DNA of 64,000 nucleotides, taken from NCBI GenBank assembly GCA_910585045.1, contig CAJUCD010000003.1:42779-106778 (forward strand), in the 5' to 3' direction. Positions 29,822 to 42,463 of this stretch are shown one piece after another (position 1 is the stretch's first letter; every line of letters begins with the position of its first letter). The position numbers and the translations under genes are program-made. A model generated the notes under the pieces. It saw only the letters and a list, made by a program, of their open reading frames with translations, was not told the DNA's origin and searched no databases. This DNA comes from an uncultured Bacilli bacterium. GTDB lineage: Bacteria > Bacillota_I > Bacilli_A > RF39 > UBA660.

Positions 29822-32800
29822 ATGTTTGATAAATTAAATGATAGACAAGAGGAAGCTGTTCGTCATGTAGATGGTCCATGTTTAGTTATAGCGGGAGCAG
29901 GTTCAGGGAAAACTAAAGTGCTTACGACAAGAATTGCTTATTTGATTGATCAGGGAATAAGTGATTATAATATTTTAGCTATAACATTTACCAATAAGGC
30001 AGCTAAGGAGATGCGTGAAAGACTTAGTCATTTAGTACCTGATAATCATGTTTTTGTAGGAACTTTTCACTCTTTTGGCTTAAAGATTATTAGAGAAAAT
30101 GTAGCCGAACTAGGAATGGATAAAAATTTTACAATTATTGATAGTGATGATGTATTGAGTTTAATTAAAAGAATTATGAAAGATTTAAATTTGGATCCAA
30201 AAGAGTTAAGTCCTTATTTTGTAAGAAGTAAGATAAGTTTTATTAAAAATGAATTATTAACAGATGGAGATTTGGATAAGTTTTTTAATACACCTGCTGA
30301 GAAAAGTGTAATAAATGTATATCATGAGTATGATAAAATATTAAGAAGAAATAATTCAGTAGATTTTGATGATTTATTAGCTTTACCAGTAAAGTTATTT
30401 CGAAATAATAAAGATATTTTAGATAAATATCAAGAACATTATAAATATATTTTAATTGATGAGTATCAAGATACAAATGAAGTGCAGTATAAATTGAGTA
30501 GATTAATTGGTGCAAAGTATAAAAATATTTTCGTTGTAGGTGATGCCAATCAATGTGTCGTAAAGGGTTCTAAAATTAAAACTAAATTGGGAGAAAAAAA
30601 TATTGAGGATATAAAAGAAAATGATGAAGTTTTGACTGCTGTTGGTTATGGAGGAGTGGATTATCAACTTGTTGAAAAAATAATTCCTACCAAATATGAA
30701 GGTAAAATAGTTAAGATTACAACTGAATCAGGACTTATATTAGAATGTACTCCAGATCATACAATGTTTTATAAATTGCCTATTGAAGATAGTAAATATT
30801 ATGTATATTTAATGTATAAAAATAATTTAGGTTTTAGAATTGGGCAAACTAGGTCATATAGAAGTGATGGTAGAAAAATTGTTAATGGTTTAATGCAAAG
30901 ACTTAATCAAGAACATGCAGATAGAATTTGGCTTTTAAAACAATGTGATAGCCAGATGGAAGCTAGTTATTATGAACAGTTTTATGCCGCAAAGTATGGT
31001 ATTCCGCAAATGTGTTTTCATGTGATAGGAAGAAAAATGCTTTTTACTCAAGATTATATAAATAAATTATTTGCTAATATAGATACTGATCTTAGAGCAG
31101 CTATGTTAATGAATGAAGAAATGCTTTCTTTTGATTATCCACATTATATGAAAAGTGGATTTGTACATAAAAGTGTTTCAAATCGAGTAGTAAATATTAG
31201 TTATTTAAGTTGTGAGAAAGCTAAAAAGAGGAATTATTGCGCTCAAAGAATTAGTTTTAATACGACATCTTCAGAATATCGTTTAATGTTAGAAAATGCT
31301 GGGTTTAATGTAAGAAATGGAAAAAATAAAGATTTTAGAATTGAAACTGAGAGAATTACAATGAATGAAGCTTATGATTTTGCTAATAGAATAGCTTTTT
31401 TCATTCCAGATGTTTCGATAGTTGAAAAGATACGTTTAACAAAAGAATTATCTTTTAAGTTTCTTCCAGCTGGATCTTTAAGAAGCGGTATGGTTGTAGC
31501 AGTATTAAAAAATGGTGAATTGGTAGAAGAAAAAATTATAAAAATAGATAAATTAGATTATAATGATTATGTTTATGATTTATCTATTCCTACTACGAGA
31601 AATTTTATTGTTAATGACATTTGTGTTCATAATTGTATATATGGTTTTAGAGGTTCAAATTTTAGAAATATTCTTAATTTTGAAAAAGATTATGGGGATG
31701 CTAAAGTTGTTGCCTTAGAACAAAATTATCGTAGTACAAAGAATATTTTAGATGCTGCTAATTCAGTTATTAAAAATAATAAAGAACGTAAAGATATGGA
31801 GTTATTTAGTAATTTAGGTGATGGTGTTAAAGTTAAGTATTTGCGTAGTTATGATGAAAAACATGAAGTAACTTTGATTGTTGATGAAATAAAAAGATTA
31901 ATTAGTGATGGATATAAATATAGTGATATAGCAATTTTTTATAGAACAAATGCTCAATCAAGAAATGTTGAAGAAGTTATGCTTAAAAATAATTTTCCTT
32001 ATAAAGTTTTTGGTAGTTTTTATTTCTATAGTCGTAAAGAAATTAAAGATTTGCTATGTTATTTGAGACTTATTAATAATCCTAATGATGATATAAGTCT
32101 TAGAAGAGTAATAAATGTGCCTAAGAGAAAGATTGGTAATAAAAGTGTAGAAGACTTGGCTGGAATGGCTGAGAGACTTAATACTTCAATGTTTGAAGCA
32201 ATTGATGGAGGTAAAGAAGGAGAATTTAAAAATCTGATTATTGAACTTCAGAATGATGCTTTAAATCTTTCATTAACAGAATTAATAGATATAGTATTAG
32301 AAAAAAGTGGATTAAAGAAAGAATTAGAAACTGAGAAAACTTTAGATAGTGAACTTAGATTAGAAAACTTAATGGAGTTTAAGAGTATTACAGCTTCTTT
32401 TGAGGCAAGAACTGGTTCAGTTAATTTAGGAGATTTTCTTGATGAAATAAGTTTAGTCGCTGATATAAGTGAGCATGAAGATAATGATGATGTTATAACT
32501 TTAATGACACTTCATAGTGCTAAAGGTTTGGAATTTCCAATTGTGTTTATAACAGGAATGGAAGAAGGTATTTTTCCTCATCAAAATGCTTTTTTAGAAG
32601 GGGATGAAGGTATAGAAGAGGAAAGGAGACTTTGTTATGTTGGATTTACAAGAGCTAAAGAGAGATTATATTTAACTAATGCTAAAAAAAGAATGCTCTA
32701 TGGTAAAACAACTGTTAATGCACCTTCAAGATTTATTAGTGAAATTCGTGATGATGTTATGGAAGCTAGTAATTTAAGTATTAAAGAAGAAAAAGTTATT

Positions 32801-32983
32801 AACAAAAATGAAATGTATAATGAAGAATCAACAGAATATAATAAGGGAGATATTGTTATGTCTACTATATATGGTAGAGGTGTGGTAATAGATATTGATG
32901 ATAGATTTGTAACCGTTGCTTTTGCACGTAATTTTGGAGTTAGAAAACTTATGAAAAATCATAAGAGTTTAAAGAAAATTTAG
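29822..32983 (+). CDS. pcrA: ATP-dependent DNA helicase PcrA/UvrD, interrupted in helicase motif III by a 360-aa intein
   Basis: Walker A AGAGSGKT and the motif TFTNKAAKEM. The intein is inserted as VGDANQ | C...VHN | CIYGFRGS. C-terminal UvrD motifs LMTLHSAKGLEF and YVGFTRAKERLY. Confidence 0.9.
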   Translation: MFDKLNDRQEEAVRHVDGPCLVIAGAGSGKTKVLTTRIAYLIDQGISDYNILAITFTNKAAKEMRERLSHLVPDNHVFVGTFHSFGLKIIRENVAELGMDKNFTIIDSDDVLSLIKRIMKDLNLDPKELSPYFVRSKISFIKNELLTDGDLDKFFNTPAEKSVINVYHEYDKILRRNNSVDFDDLLALPVKLFRNNKDILDKYQEHYKYILIDEYQDTNEVQYKLSRLIGAKYKNIFVVGDANQCVVKGSKIKTKLGEKNIEDIKENDEVLTAVGYGGVDYQLVEKIIPTKYEGKIVKITTESGLILECTPDHTMFYKLPIEDSKYYVYLMYKNNLGFRIGQTRSYRSDGRKIVNGLMQRLNQEHADRIWLLKQCDSQMEASYYEQFYAAKYGIPQMCFHVIGRKMLFTQDYINKLFANIDTDLRAAMLMNEEMLSFDYPHYMKSGFVHKSVSNRVVNISYLSCEKAKKRNYCAQRISFNTTSSEYRLMLENAGFNVRNGKNKDFRIETERITMNEAYDFANRIAFFIPDVSIVEKIRLTKELSFKFLPAGSLRSGMVVAVLKNGELVEEKIIKIDKLDYNDYVYDLSIPTTRNFIVNDICVHNCIYGFRGSNFRNILNFEKDYGDAKVVALEQNYRSTKNILDAANSVIKNNKERKDMELFSNLGDGVKVKYLRSYDEKHEVTLIVDEIKRLISDGYKYSDIAIFYRTNAQSRNVEEVMLKNNFPYKVFGSFYFYSRKEIKDLLCYLRLINNPNDDISLRRVINVPKRKIGNKSVEDLAGMAERLNTSMFEAIDGGKEGEFKNLIIELQNDALNLSLTELIDIVLEKSGLKKELETEKTLDSELRLENLMEFKSITASFEARTGSVNLGDFLDEISLVADISEHEDNDDVITLMTLHSAKGLEFPIVFITGMEEGIFPHQNAFLEGDEGIEEERRLCYVGFTRAKERLYLTNAKKRMLYGKTTVNAPSRFISEIRDDVMEASNLSIKEEKVINKNEMYNEESTEYNKGDIVMSTIYGRGVVIDIDDRFVTVAFARNFGVRKLMKNHKSLKKI
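30554..31633 (+). other. intein (1080 nt / 360 aa) inside pcrA
   Basis: Begins with Cys (tgt at 30554), has block B TPDHTMF, ends ...NDICVHN, and is followed by Cys+1 (tgt at 31634). Removing it restores the uninterrupted motif VGDANQ-CIYGFRGS. Confidence 0.8.
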
Positions 32984-32993
32984 GAGATAATTT

Positions 32994-33641
32994 ATGAAAA
33001 TAAGAAAGTATCCTCAGTCTTGTTTCTTGATTGAGGCTAATAATAAAATAATATTAGTAGATCCAGGAATGTTGAAGTTTCAAAGTGAATTTATTGATGA
33101 TTGGTGTAGGGCAGATATGATTTTAATTACTCATAAACATTCTGATCATATAAATGCTCAAGTAATTAAAGATTTAAATATTCCTATATATGCTACAAAA
33201 GAAGTACAAGATACTTATCCAGATATAAAGTTTAATATTGTAGAAGATGGTAATAATTTAGTTTTTGATACTTTAAAAATAGAAGTAGTTAAAGCTGTAC
33301 ATGGTTATAATCCTAAACTAAAAGGTAAAGGTGAAGTTTTATTTAATGTGGGTTATATAATTGATGATGGTAAAGTAAGATTTTATATAACTAGTGATAC
33401 AATTTGTTTTAATAATGATTATAAAGCAGATATAGTAGCTTTACCTGTAACTGGGTATGGACTTACAATGTCATCTTATGAGGCTTCTTTGTTTGCAATA
33501 GATTTAAAAGCGAAGTTAGTGTTGCCAAGTCATATGGATAATAGTGTTTATCCAACTGATTTAAAGTATATGGAAAAGAATTTTAAAGAGTTTAATATTA
33601 ATTATAAAGTATTAGATATTTTAGAAGACATAGAAGTTTAG
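32994..33641 (+). CDS. metallo-beta-lactamase-fold hydrolase
   Basis: THKHSDH, an HxHxDH metal-binding motif. Confidence 0.7.
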   Translation: MKIRKYPQSCFLIEANNKIILVDPGMLKFQSEFIDDWCRADMILITHKHSDHINAQVIKDLNIPIYATKEVQDTYPDIKFNIVEDGNNLVFDTLKIEVVKAVHGYNPKLKGKGEVLFNVGYIIDDGKVRFYITSDTICFNNDYKADIVALPVTGYGLTMSSYEASLFAIDLKAKLVLPSHMDNSVYPTDLKYMEKNFKEFNINYKVLDILEDIEV

Positions 33642-33731
33642 GCTTTTATGTTTTTTTTATACTTATTTTAGTTTAGACTATTCATTGTAATTATTAAATG
33701 GTATAATTGAGTTAGATGATGGAGGTTATTT

Positions 33732-36627
<2,896 letters not shown>

Positions 36628-36722
36628 GTTATTTACATTTTTTTGTGTAAATTTTTGTAAAATAATTATAAATTGCGGGATTTTGTAATAAATGTTATAA
36701 TAGAAGAACATAGAGGTGAATT

Positions 36723-37214
36723 ATGAAAAAGTTGAAAAAAATATGGCAAGAAAATAGTGTTTTGTTAGTATTGTTTCTAATTTTAATTGCATGTCTAGTT
36801 GCAATGTCTATAGTAGTTGTAACATATTTTGTTGGAGATGGAAGTTCAAAGTATGGCGATAGACTAGAAGATGCTTCAAAATATCCTTTTCAAGAGGATA
36901 AACAAAAGGAAATTGTTTCTAAATTAGAGGAAGAAGAACTAATTGAGAAAGCAAGTATTAGAACTTCAGGAAAGAGAATTATTGTTACAATAAAGTTTGT
37001 GCCTAAAACAACTTTAGTTGAAGCTCAAAGTAAAGCTTTAGCCTCAGTAGAATATTTTAGTGAAGAGATACTTGGATTTTATGATATTGAGTATATGATA
37101 AAAGCTGATTCCACAGAAGAAAGTGAAGGATTCCAAATTATAGGAAGCCATAATGTTAGTGGAACTGGTGGAATAGTTTGGAATAATAATACAGCGATAG
37201 ATAAAGAAAAGTAG
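36723..37214 (+). CDS. hypothetical membrane-anchored protein (163 aa)
   Basis: N-terminal signal-anchor; no motif recognised. Confidence 0.4.
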   Translation: MKKLKKIWQENSVLLVLFLILIACLVAMSIVVVTYFVGDGSSKYGDRLEDASKYPFQEDKQKEIVSKLEEEELIEKASIRTSGKRIIVTIKFVPKTTLVEAQSKALASVEYFSEEILGFYDIEYMIKADSTEESEGFQIIGSHNVSGTGGIVWNNNTAIDKEK

Positions 37215-37221
37215 GTTAATT

Positions 37222-39267
37222 ATGAAAAATAAAAAAAGTGTAATTATTGCAATGATTGTTATTTTTATTATTGCAATAATTGGGTTAGTAACTTATAGTA
37301 TTTTAAGTGATAATAATAAGCTTACAGCTTTAGAAAAGAAGTGGATTAATAATAATATTAATACAATTCAAAATATAAATGTAGTTAATGATGTTAATAT
37401 TTTTGGTAATACAGGTAGTGGAATATTTTATGATTTTATTAAAGATTTGGAATTAGAGCATAAATTACAACTTAATCCTGTTACTTTTAATTATGGTGAG
37501 GTAACAATGGGAGTTACTTTGGGAGTTAAAAATAATTTACAAAGTAATGATAATGTCTTTTATGAAGACCATTATGTTTTAGTAAGTAAAAAAGATGAGA
37601 TTGTACCTAGTTATATAGATTTTAGAGGTAAAAAAATAGGTGTTTTTAATAATGATTTATCTTATATTAGTGGGTATTTAAGTGATATTAGTAATATTAC
37701 TTTGTCTCAATATAGTAGTCGTAAAGAATTATTAGAGGCAATGAATGAGAATAAAGATATTCAATATATGATTGTGCCTTTAACACTATATTTAGATGAA
37801 ATTTTAAAGAATGATTATTTTATTATTAATCATTTATCTGATGTTAAGTTTTATTATACTATATCTGGTTCTAGTGTTAATGAGAATGAAACTAATTTAA
37901 CAAGTGTGCTTAATAAGTTTTTTAATAGTTGGAAAACAGATAATTTAGACGAATATTTTAAAAGAGAAGAATTTAATTTATTTGTTAATTCACTTGGAAT
38001 AACAGAAACTGAAGTAGATGCAATGCAAAGTATAACTTATAATTATGGGTTTATTAATAATAGTCCATATGAGGTTATTATGAGTGGTAATTATGGGGGG
38101 ATAGTTGCTATGTATTTGTATGACTTTGGAGCATTTGGAAAAATTGAGTTTAATTATACTAAATATAGAAATTTAAAGAAATTTAAGAAAGCAATAGATA
38201 ATAAAGAAGTAGATTTGTATTTTAACTACTATAATTTAAAAGATGAATATCATAATGTTAATTCAAAAATTTTGGTAGAATATAGTGTAGTTGCTAGTAA
38301 AAATAATGGTTTGGTAGTTAATTCTGTTAACAGTTTGGTTGGAAATACAGTATATGTTGAAGAAAATAGTTTAATTGCAAGTTATTTAGCTTCGATTAAA
38401 GGAATTGATATTAAAACATATAAGGATGATAAAGAACTTAAAAAGTTAAATAAAGAAGATGCTATAATAGTTATTGATAGAAATATTTTTAATCTTTATT
38501 CAAGTAAAGAATTAACTAATTATACTGAGAGGTTTAATGATACTTTAAATAGTACTTATAATTTTAGGTCAAGAGTTGATAGTGCATTTTATAAATTATT
38601 TAGTAAGTATGTTATGACTAAAGATAATAAAGAGATGGTTTATAAAGGAATGTATTCTCATAGTATGACTGTTAAAACTGGTAGTGTGCTAAGCACTATT
38701 GCGAAATATATTTTAATTACTTTAACTGTTTTTGGAGTTATATTTATTATATTCTATAAGAGTAGTAAAAAGATTAAAGTTGCTAAAAAGATAAAGAAGG
38801 AGAATAAACTTAAGTTTATTGATCAGCTTACAACTTTAAAAAATCGTAATTATTTGAGTGAATATATTAATAGTTGGAATAATAATACTATTTATCCTCA
38901 AACTATGATTGTAATTGATTTGAATAATATTCAATTTATAAATGATACTTTAGGATATGAAGAAGGGGATAAACAAATTAAATCTGCTGCTAATATTCTT
39001 ATTAAAACACAGTTAGATAATAGTGATATTATGAGAACTGATGGTAATGAATTTTTAATTTATTTAATTGGTTATACTCAAAAACAAGTCACTAATTATA
39101 TTCATAAGTTAAATAAAGAATTTAAAAAATTGCCTTATGAATATGGAGCAGAATTTGGTTATTCCATGATAAATGATAGTATAAAAACGATTGAAGATGC
39201 CATAATAGAAGCAACAGATGAAATGAAGAAACAAAAGAAGAAAGCGGAAGATGAAGGAAATGCGTGA
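37222..39267 (+). CDS. membrane sensor protein with an extracytoplasmic domain and a C-terminal GGDEF-like domain carrying a degenerate DGNEF site
   Basis: Two TM segments. C-terminus ...KNRNYLSEYINSW...GYEEGDKQIKSAA...RTDGNEFLIYL resembles a diguanylate cyclase fold, but GG[DE]EF is replaced by DGNEF. Confidence 0.5.
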   Translation: MKNKKSVIIAMIVIFIIAIIGLVTYSILSDNNKLTALEKKWINNNINTIQNINVVNDVNIFGNTGSGIFYDFIKDLELEHKLQLNPVTFNYGEVTMGVTLGVKNNLQSNDNVFYEDHYVLVSKKDEIVPSYIDFRGKKIGVFNNDLSYISGYLSDISNITLSQYSSRKELLEAMNENKDIQYMIVPLTLYLDEILKNDYFIINHLSDVKFYYTISGSSVNENETNLTSVLNKFFNSWKTDNLDEYFKREEFNLFVNSLGITETEVDAMQSITYNYGFINNSPYEVIMSGNYGGIVAMYLYDFGAFGKIEFNYTKYRNLKKFKKAIDNKEVDLYFNYYNLKDEYHNVNSKILVEYSVVASKNNGLVVNSVNSLVGNTVYVEENSLIASYLASIKGIDIKTYKDDKELKKLNKEDAIIVIDRNIFNLYSSKELTNYTERFNDTLNSTYNFRSRVDSAFYKLFSKYVMTKDNKEMVYKGMYSHSMTVKTGSVLSTIAKYILITLTVFGVIFIIFYKSSKKIKVAKKIKKENKLKFIDQLTTLKNRNYLSEYINSWNNNTIYPQTMIVIDLNNIQFINDTLGYEEGDKQIKSAANILIKTQLDNSDIMRTDGNEFLIYLIGYTQKQVTNYIHKLNKEFKKLPYEYGAEFGYSMINDSIKTIEDAIIEATDEMKKQKKKAEDEGNA

Positions 39268-40111
39268 GAAATTAAAAAGGGGGATTAACAACTTTTTAAA
39301 GACTATTACAAGACCAGAAATGGAAATATTGCCTGGTCACTTGGCATTTTCTTTTTTTCTTTCAATAGTTCCAACTCTAACTATTTTAACTTATATAGCA
39401 TCAGCTTTTAATGTTTCTTTGGATTTTATATCAGATTTTATTTCACAGGCTTTTAGTCAAGATTTTGCTAATATGCTTTTAGGTGTAAATATGATTATTA
39501 AAGCAGATTTAAATTTTTTTATCACTTTAATAGTTGGTTATATTATTGCTAGTAATGGTGCAGCTTCAATTATAGTTAGTTCAAATACTATATATGGTAT
39601 AAAAAATTCTAATTTTTTCAAAAGAAGACTTAAAGCATTTATTATGATTTTTATTATAATTTTGTTGTTTGTTTTCTTACTTATTTTTGGGGTTTTTGGT
39701 AATAAAATAATTGAGATGTTACAAATAATGGATATAAGCGAAAAAATAATAACTAATATTACATTAGTTATAAGTGTGCTTAAAGGACCTATTTCATGGT
39801 TTATTATATTTATATTTATTAAAGTTATTTTTACAATGGCCCCCGATAAAAAAATACCTAGTCATGGAGTTAATAAAGGGGCAATATTTACTACTGTAGG
39901 GTTTATTGTTATTACATATATTTATAGTTTATATACAACTAGTTTTGCACGATATGATGTTTTTTATGGTAATTTAGCAAGTATTGTTGTTCTCATGATT
40001 TGGTTTTATTTGTTATCTTATATATTTACAATTGGTTTAGCACTTAATTATCGCGAAGAAGTTATAACTTTAGAGAAAACTGCTAAATTAGATGTGGTAA
40101 GCGAAGAATAG
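39260..40111 (+). CDS. YihY/BrkB-family membrane protein
   Basis: N-terminus ...LKTITRPEMEILPGHLAFSFFLSIVPTL plus six TM helices. Confidence 0.55.
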   Translation: MREKLKRGINNFLKTITRPEMEILPGHLAFSFFLSIVPTLTILTYIASAFNVSLDFISDFISQAFSQDFANMLLGVNMIIKADLNFFITLIVGYIIASNGAASIIVSSNTIYGIKNSNFFKRRLKAFIMIFIIILLFVFLLIFGVFGNKIIEMLQIMDISEKIITNITLVISVLKGPISWFIIFIFIKVIFTMAPDKKIPSHGVNKGAIFTTVGFIVITYIYSLYTTSFARYDVFYGNLASIVVLMIWFYLLSYIFTIGLALNYREEVITLEKTAKLDVVSEE

Positions 40112-40219
40112 AAATATTCTTCTTTTTAGTTCTTTAATTATTTTATGTTTAAATTTAAAGAGTTGCATTTTTAGTAGCTTTAAGTTATAATTAATTTATA
40201 ATAAAGGGGCTGTATAGTT

Positions 40220-41725
40220 ATGAATAATAATGATAATAACAATGATGGGTTAAATGCGATATCTTTAGGAAGTGTAGATACAGGTAGTAATAATTCCAAT
40301 ACTAGTAGTATTCCAACTATAACACCTACAATTCAAGAACCTAAAAATGAAGAACTTAGCGTGCCAGAGCCTATAAGCGCAGATACTTCTAAAGTTGCAC
40401 TTGCAAATGATACTTCAACGTCGCTTGAGCCTGTAGCTCCAATTCCAATGGAAGAAATTCCTAAAGTGGATGGTATTCCCACGGGAGAAGTTTCTAATTC
40501 AGTTATAGAAGAACCAAAAACGACAGCAGATCAAAATTTAATGGCTTCGATTGATGCAATAAACGGAGATATTGGAAGTATGCCGCCAATTGGAGGAGAT
40601 ATGCCACCAGTGCCACCACTTGAACCTATAGCTCCAGTGCCTAAAGCAGAGGTTAAAGAAGAAGTTTTGGAACCAGTGGATCCTGTAGAATTTGATGTGC
40701 CTGAGACTATTAATAATTTTAATCCCTCAATCAATGAAATAGGAACTGTACCACCAATTCCTAATATTCCTATTATTGAGACTCCTACAGGAAGTCAGGT
40801 AGTTAAGAAAAAAAATAATAATAAAATCCTTTTTGTATTAATTATTGTCTTAGCTTTAGCAGCAGTGGCAGTTGGAGTTTATATTCTTTTACATATGACT
40901 CAGCCTAAAGCTGGTGTACAAGTTAAAAATGTAAAAATAGAAATTAATTCTAAAGTTTCAACAGATATAAAAGATTATGCTACATTTAATGGGATTGACC
41001 CTAGTTTGTGTTCTTTAGATACAACAGAGATTCCAAATGAACTTAATAAGATAAATGAGGAATATACATTTAAAATAAATTGTAATGAAACTACATATAC
41101 AGGTAAAGCTAAAGTTGTAGATACTACAGCACCAGAAGTTAAATTAAAGGAACTTACAGTACCAATAGATGGAAGTGTAAAACCTGAGGACTTTATCCAA
41201 GAATGTGTTGATGCTACAGAATGTTCTTATAGTTTTAAGGATGAAGAAAAGCTTAAAGAACAATTAAAAGAAGCAGCTTCTTATCATGTAGAAATTGTTG
41301 TAAGTGATACATCTGGTAATAAAAAGGAAGTTACAGCAACATTAATTGTAAGTGAGAAAGTATTTAAAGAAGCAGAATTGTATCTTACAGTTAATGCAAG
41401 TATTAATGGTCAATCTGTTATTTATAAATTAGGAATTGAAAATGGTAATTTTAATGAGTCAGCATTAAAAACTTATGTATTTAAAATTACTAATGATGAA
41501 GATTATAATAAATTAAAAAGTGATAGTGCTGGGAAATCAGAGATTGCTTATAATAATGTTACAGGATCTCCAACATTTAGTGATGTTGACAAGAGTGTAT
41601 CTATTTCACAAATTCTTGATTATAACGATTTGAATAAAGAAGAAAATACTACTTTGCCATTAACGATAGGTGATTTAAGAGCATATTATGAGAGTAAAGG
41701 TTATAGTTGTAGCTTAGGATTTTAA
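40220..41725 (+). CDS. hypothetical membrane-anchored protein: low-complexity Pro/Asn-rich N-terminal half, one TM, structured C-terminal domain
   Basis: Composition and hydrophobic segment VLIIVLALAAVAVGVYILL. Confidence 0.45.
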   Translation: MNNNDNNNDGLNAISLGSVDTGSNNSNTSSIPTITPTIQEPKNEELSVPEPISADTSKVALANDTSTSLEPVAPIPMEEIPKVDGIPTGEVSNSVIEEPKTTADQNLMASIDAINGDIGSMPPIGGDMPPVPPLEPIAPVPKAEVKEEVLEPVDPVEFDVPETINNFNPSINEIGTVPPIPNIPIIETPTGSQVVKKKNNNKILFVLIIVLALAAVAVGVYILLHMTQPKAGVQVKNVKIEINSKVSTDIKDYATFNGIDPSLCSLDTTEIPNELNKINEEYTFKINCNETTYTGKAKVVDTTAPEVKLKELTVPIDGSVKPEDFIQECVDATECSYSFKDEEKLKEQLKEAASYHVEIVVSDTSGNKKEVTATLIVSEKVFKEAELYLTVNASINGQSVIYKLGIENGNFNESALKTYVFKITNDEDYNKLKSDSAGKSEIAYNNVTGSPTFSDVDKSVSISQILDYNDLNKEENTTLPLTIGDLRAYYESKGYSCSLGF

Positions 41726-41746
41726 AAAAGCAGAAATGCTTTTTTT
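41726..41746 (+). terminator. rho-independent terminator (AAAAGCA-gaaa-TGCTTTT + T-run)
   Basis: Hairpin plus T-run immediately after the stop. Confidence 0.5.
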
Positions 41747-41794
41747 CATATATTTTTCACAAATTTGTTATAATATGTTTTAAGAGGTGATTAA

Positions 41795-42463
41795 ATGCAA
41801 ATTTTAGTATGTGATGATGAATCATTAATAAGGGATGTTATAAAAGAGTATTTATTAATTGAAAAATTTCAAGTTTTTGAGGCTTCAAATGGATTAGAAG
41901 CTATAGAAGTAGTTGCTAATAAAGATATTGATTTAGTAATAATGGATATTATGATGCCTAAAATGGATGGATATCAAGCTATAAAAGAAATAAAAAAGAT
42001 AAAAGATATTCCTTTTATTATGTTAACAGCACGTAGTGAAGAATTTGATAAATTGTTAGGTTTTGATATTGGAGCAGATGATTATGTTACAAAACCATTT
42101 TCACCTAAAGAATTAGTAGCTAGAGTAAAGGCTGTAACAAAAAGATTTCAAAATGAAGAAATTAGTTTTGTTTATGAAGATTTAGTTTTAGATGATTTAG
42201 CTCATGAGGTTAAAGTAGATGGAGAAATTATTGATTTGACACCAAAAGAATATGAGCTTTTAAAATATTTTATGCAAAATAAAAATATTGCTTTATCAAG
42301 AGATACTATTTTATCAAATATTTGGGGTTATGATTTTTATGGTGATGAGAGAACAGTTGATACACATGTTAAAACACTTAGAAATAATTTAGGAAAATAT
42401 CGTGATAATATTAAAACTGTTCGAGGAATGGGGTATAAGTTTGAAGTTAAAGAGAAAAACTAA
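41795..42463 (+). CDS. OmpR/PhoB-family response regulator
   Basis: Receiver domain (VCDDE, DLVIMDIMMPKMDG, phospho-Asp) and a winged-helix C-terminus. Confidence 0.9.
   Translation: MQILVCDDESLIRDVIKEYLLIEKFQVFEASNGLEAIEVVANKDIDLVIMDIMMPKMDGYQAIKEIKKIKDIPFIMLTARSEEFDKLLGFDIGADDYVTKPFSPKELVARVKAVTKRFQNEEISFVYEDLVLDDLAHEVKVDGEIIDLTPKEYELLKYFMQNKNIALSRDTILSNIWGYDFYGDERTVDTHVKTLRNNLGKYRDNIKTVRGMGYKFEVKEKN

Noticed and set aside
42402-42440. ATG at 42402 as the histidine-kinase start (62-nt overlap with the response regulator)
   Set aside because: Possible but an unusually long overlap. The in-frame TTG at 42441 gives a shorter overlap and precedes the first TM helix. Left ambiguous; either way the kinase call is unaffected.
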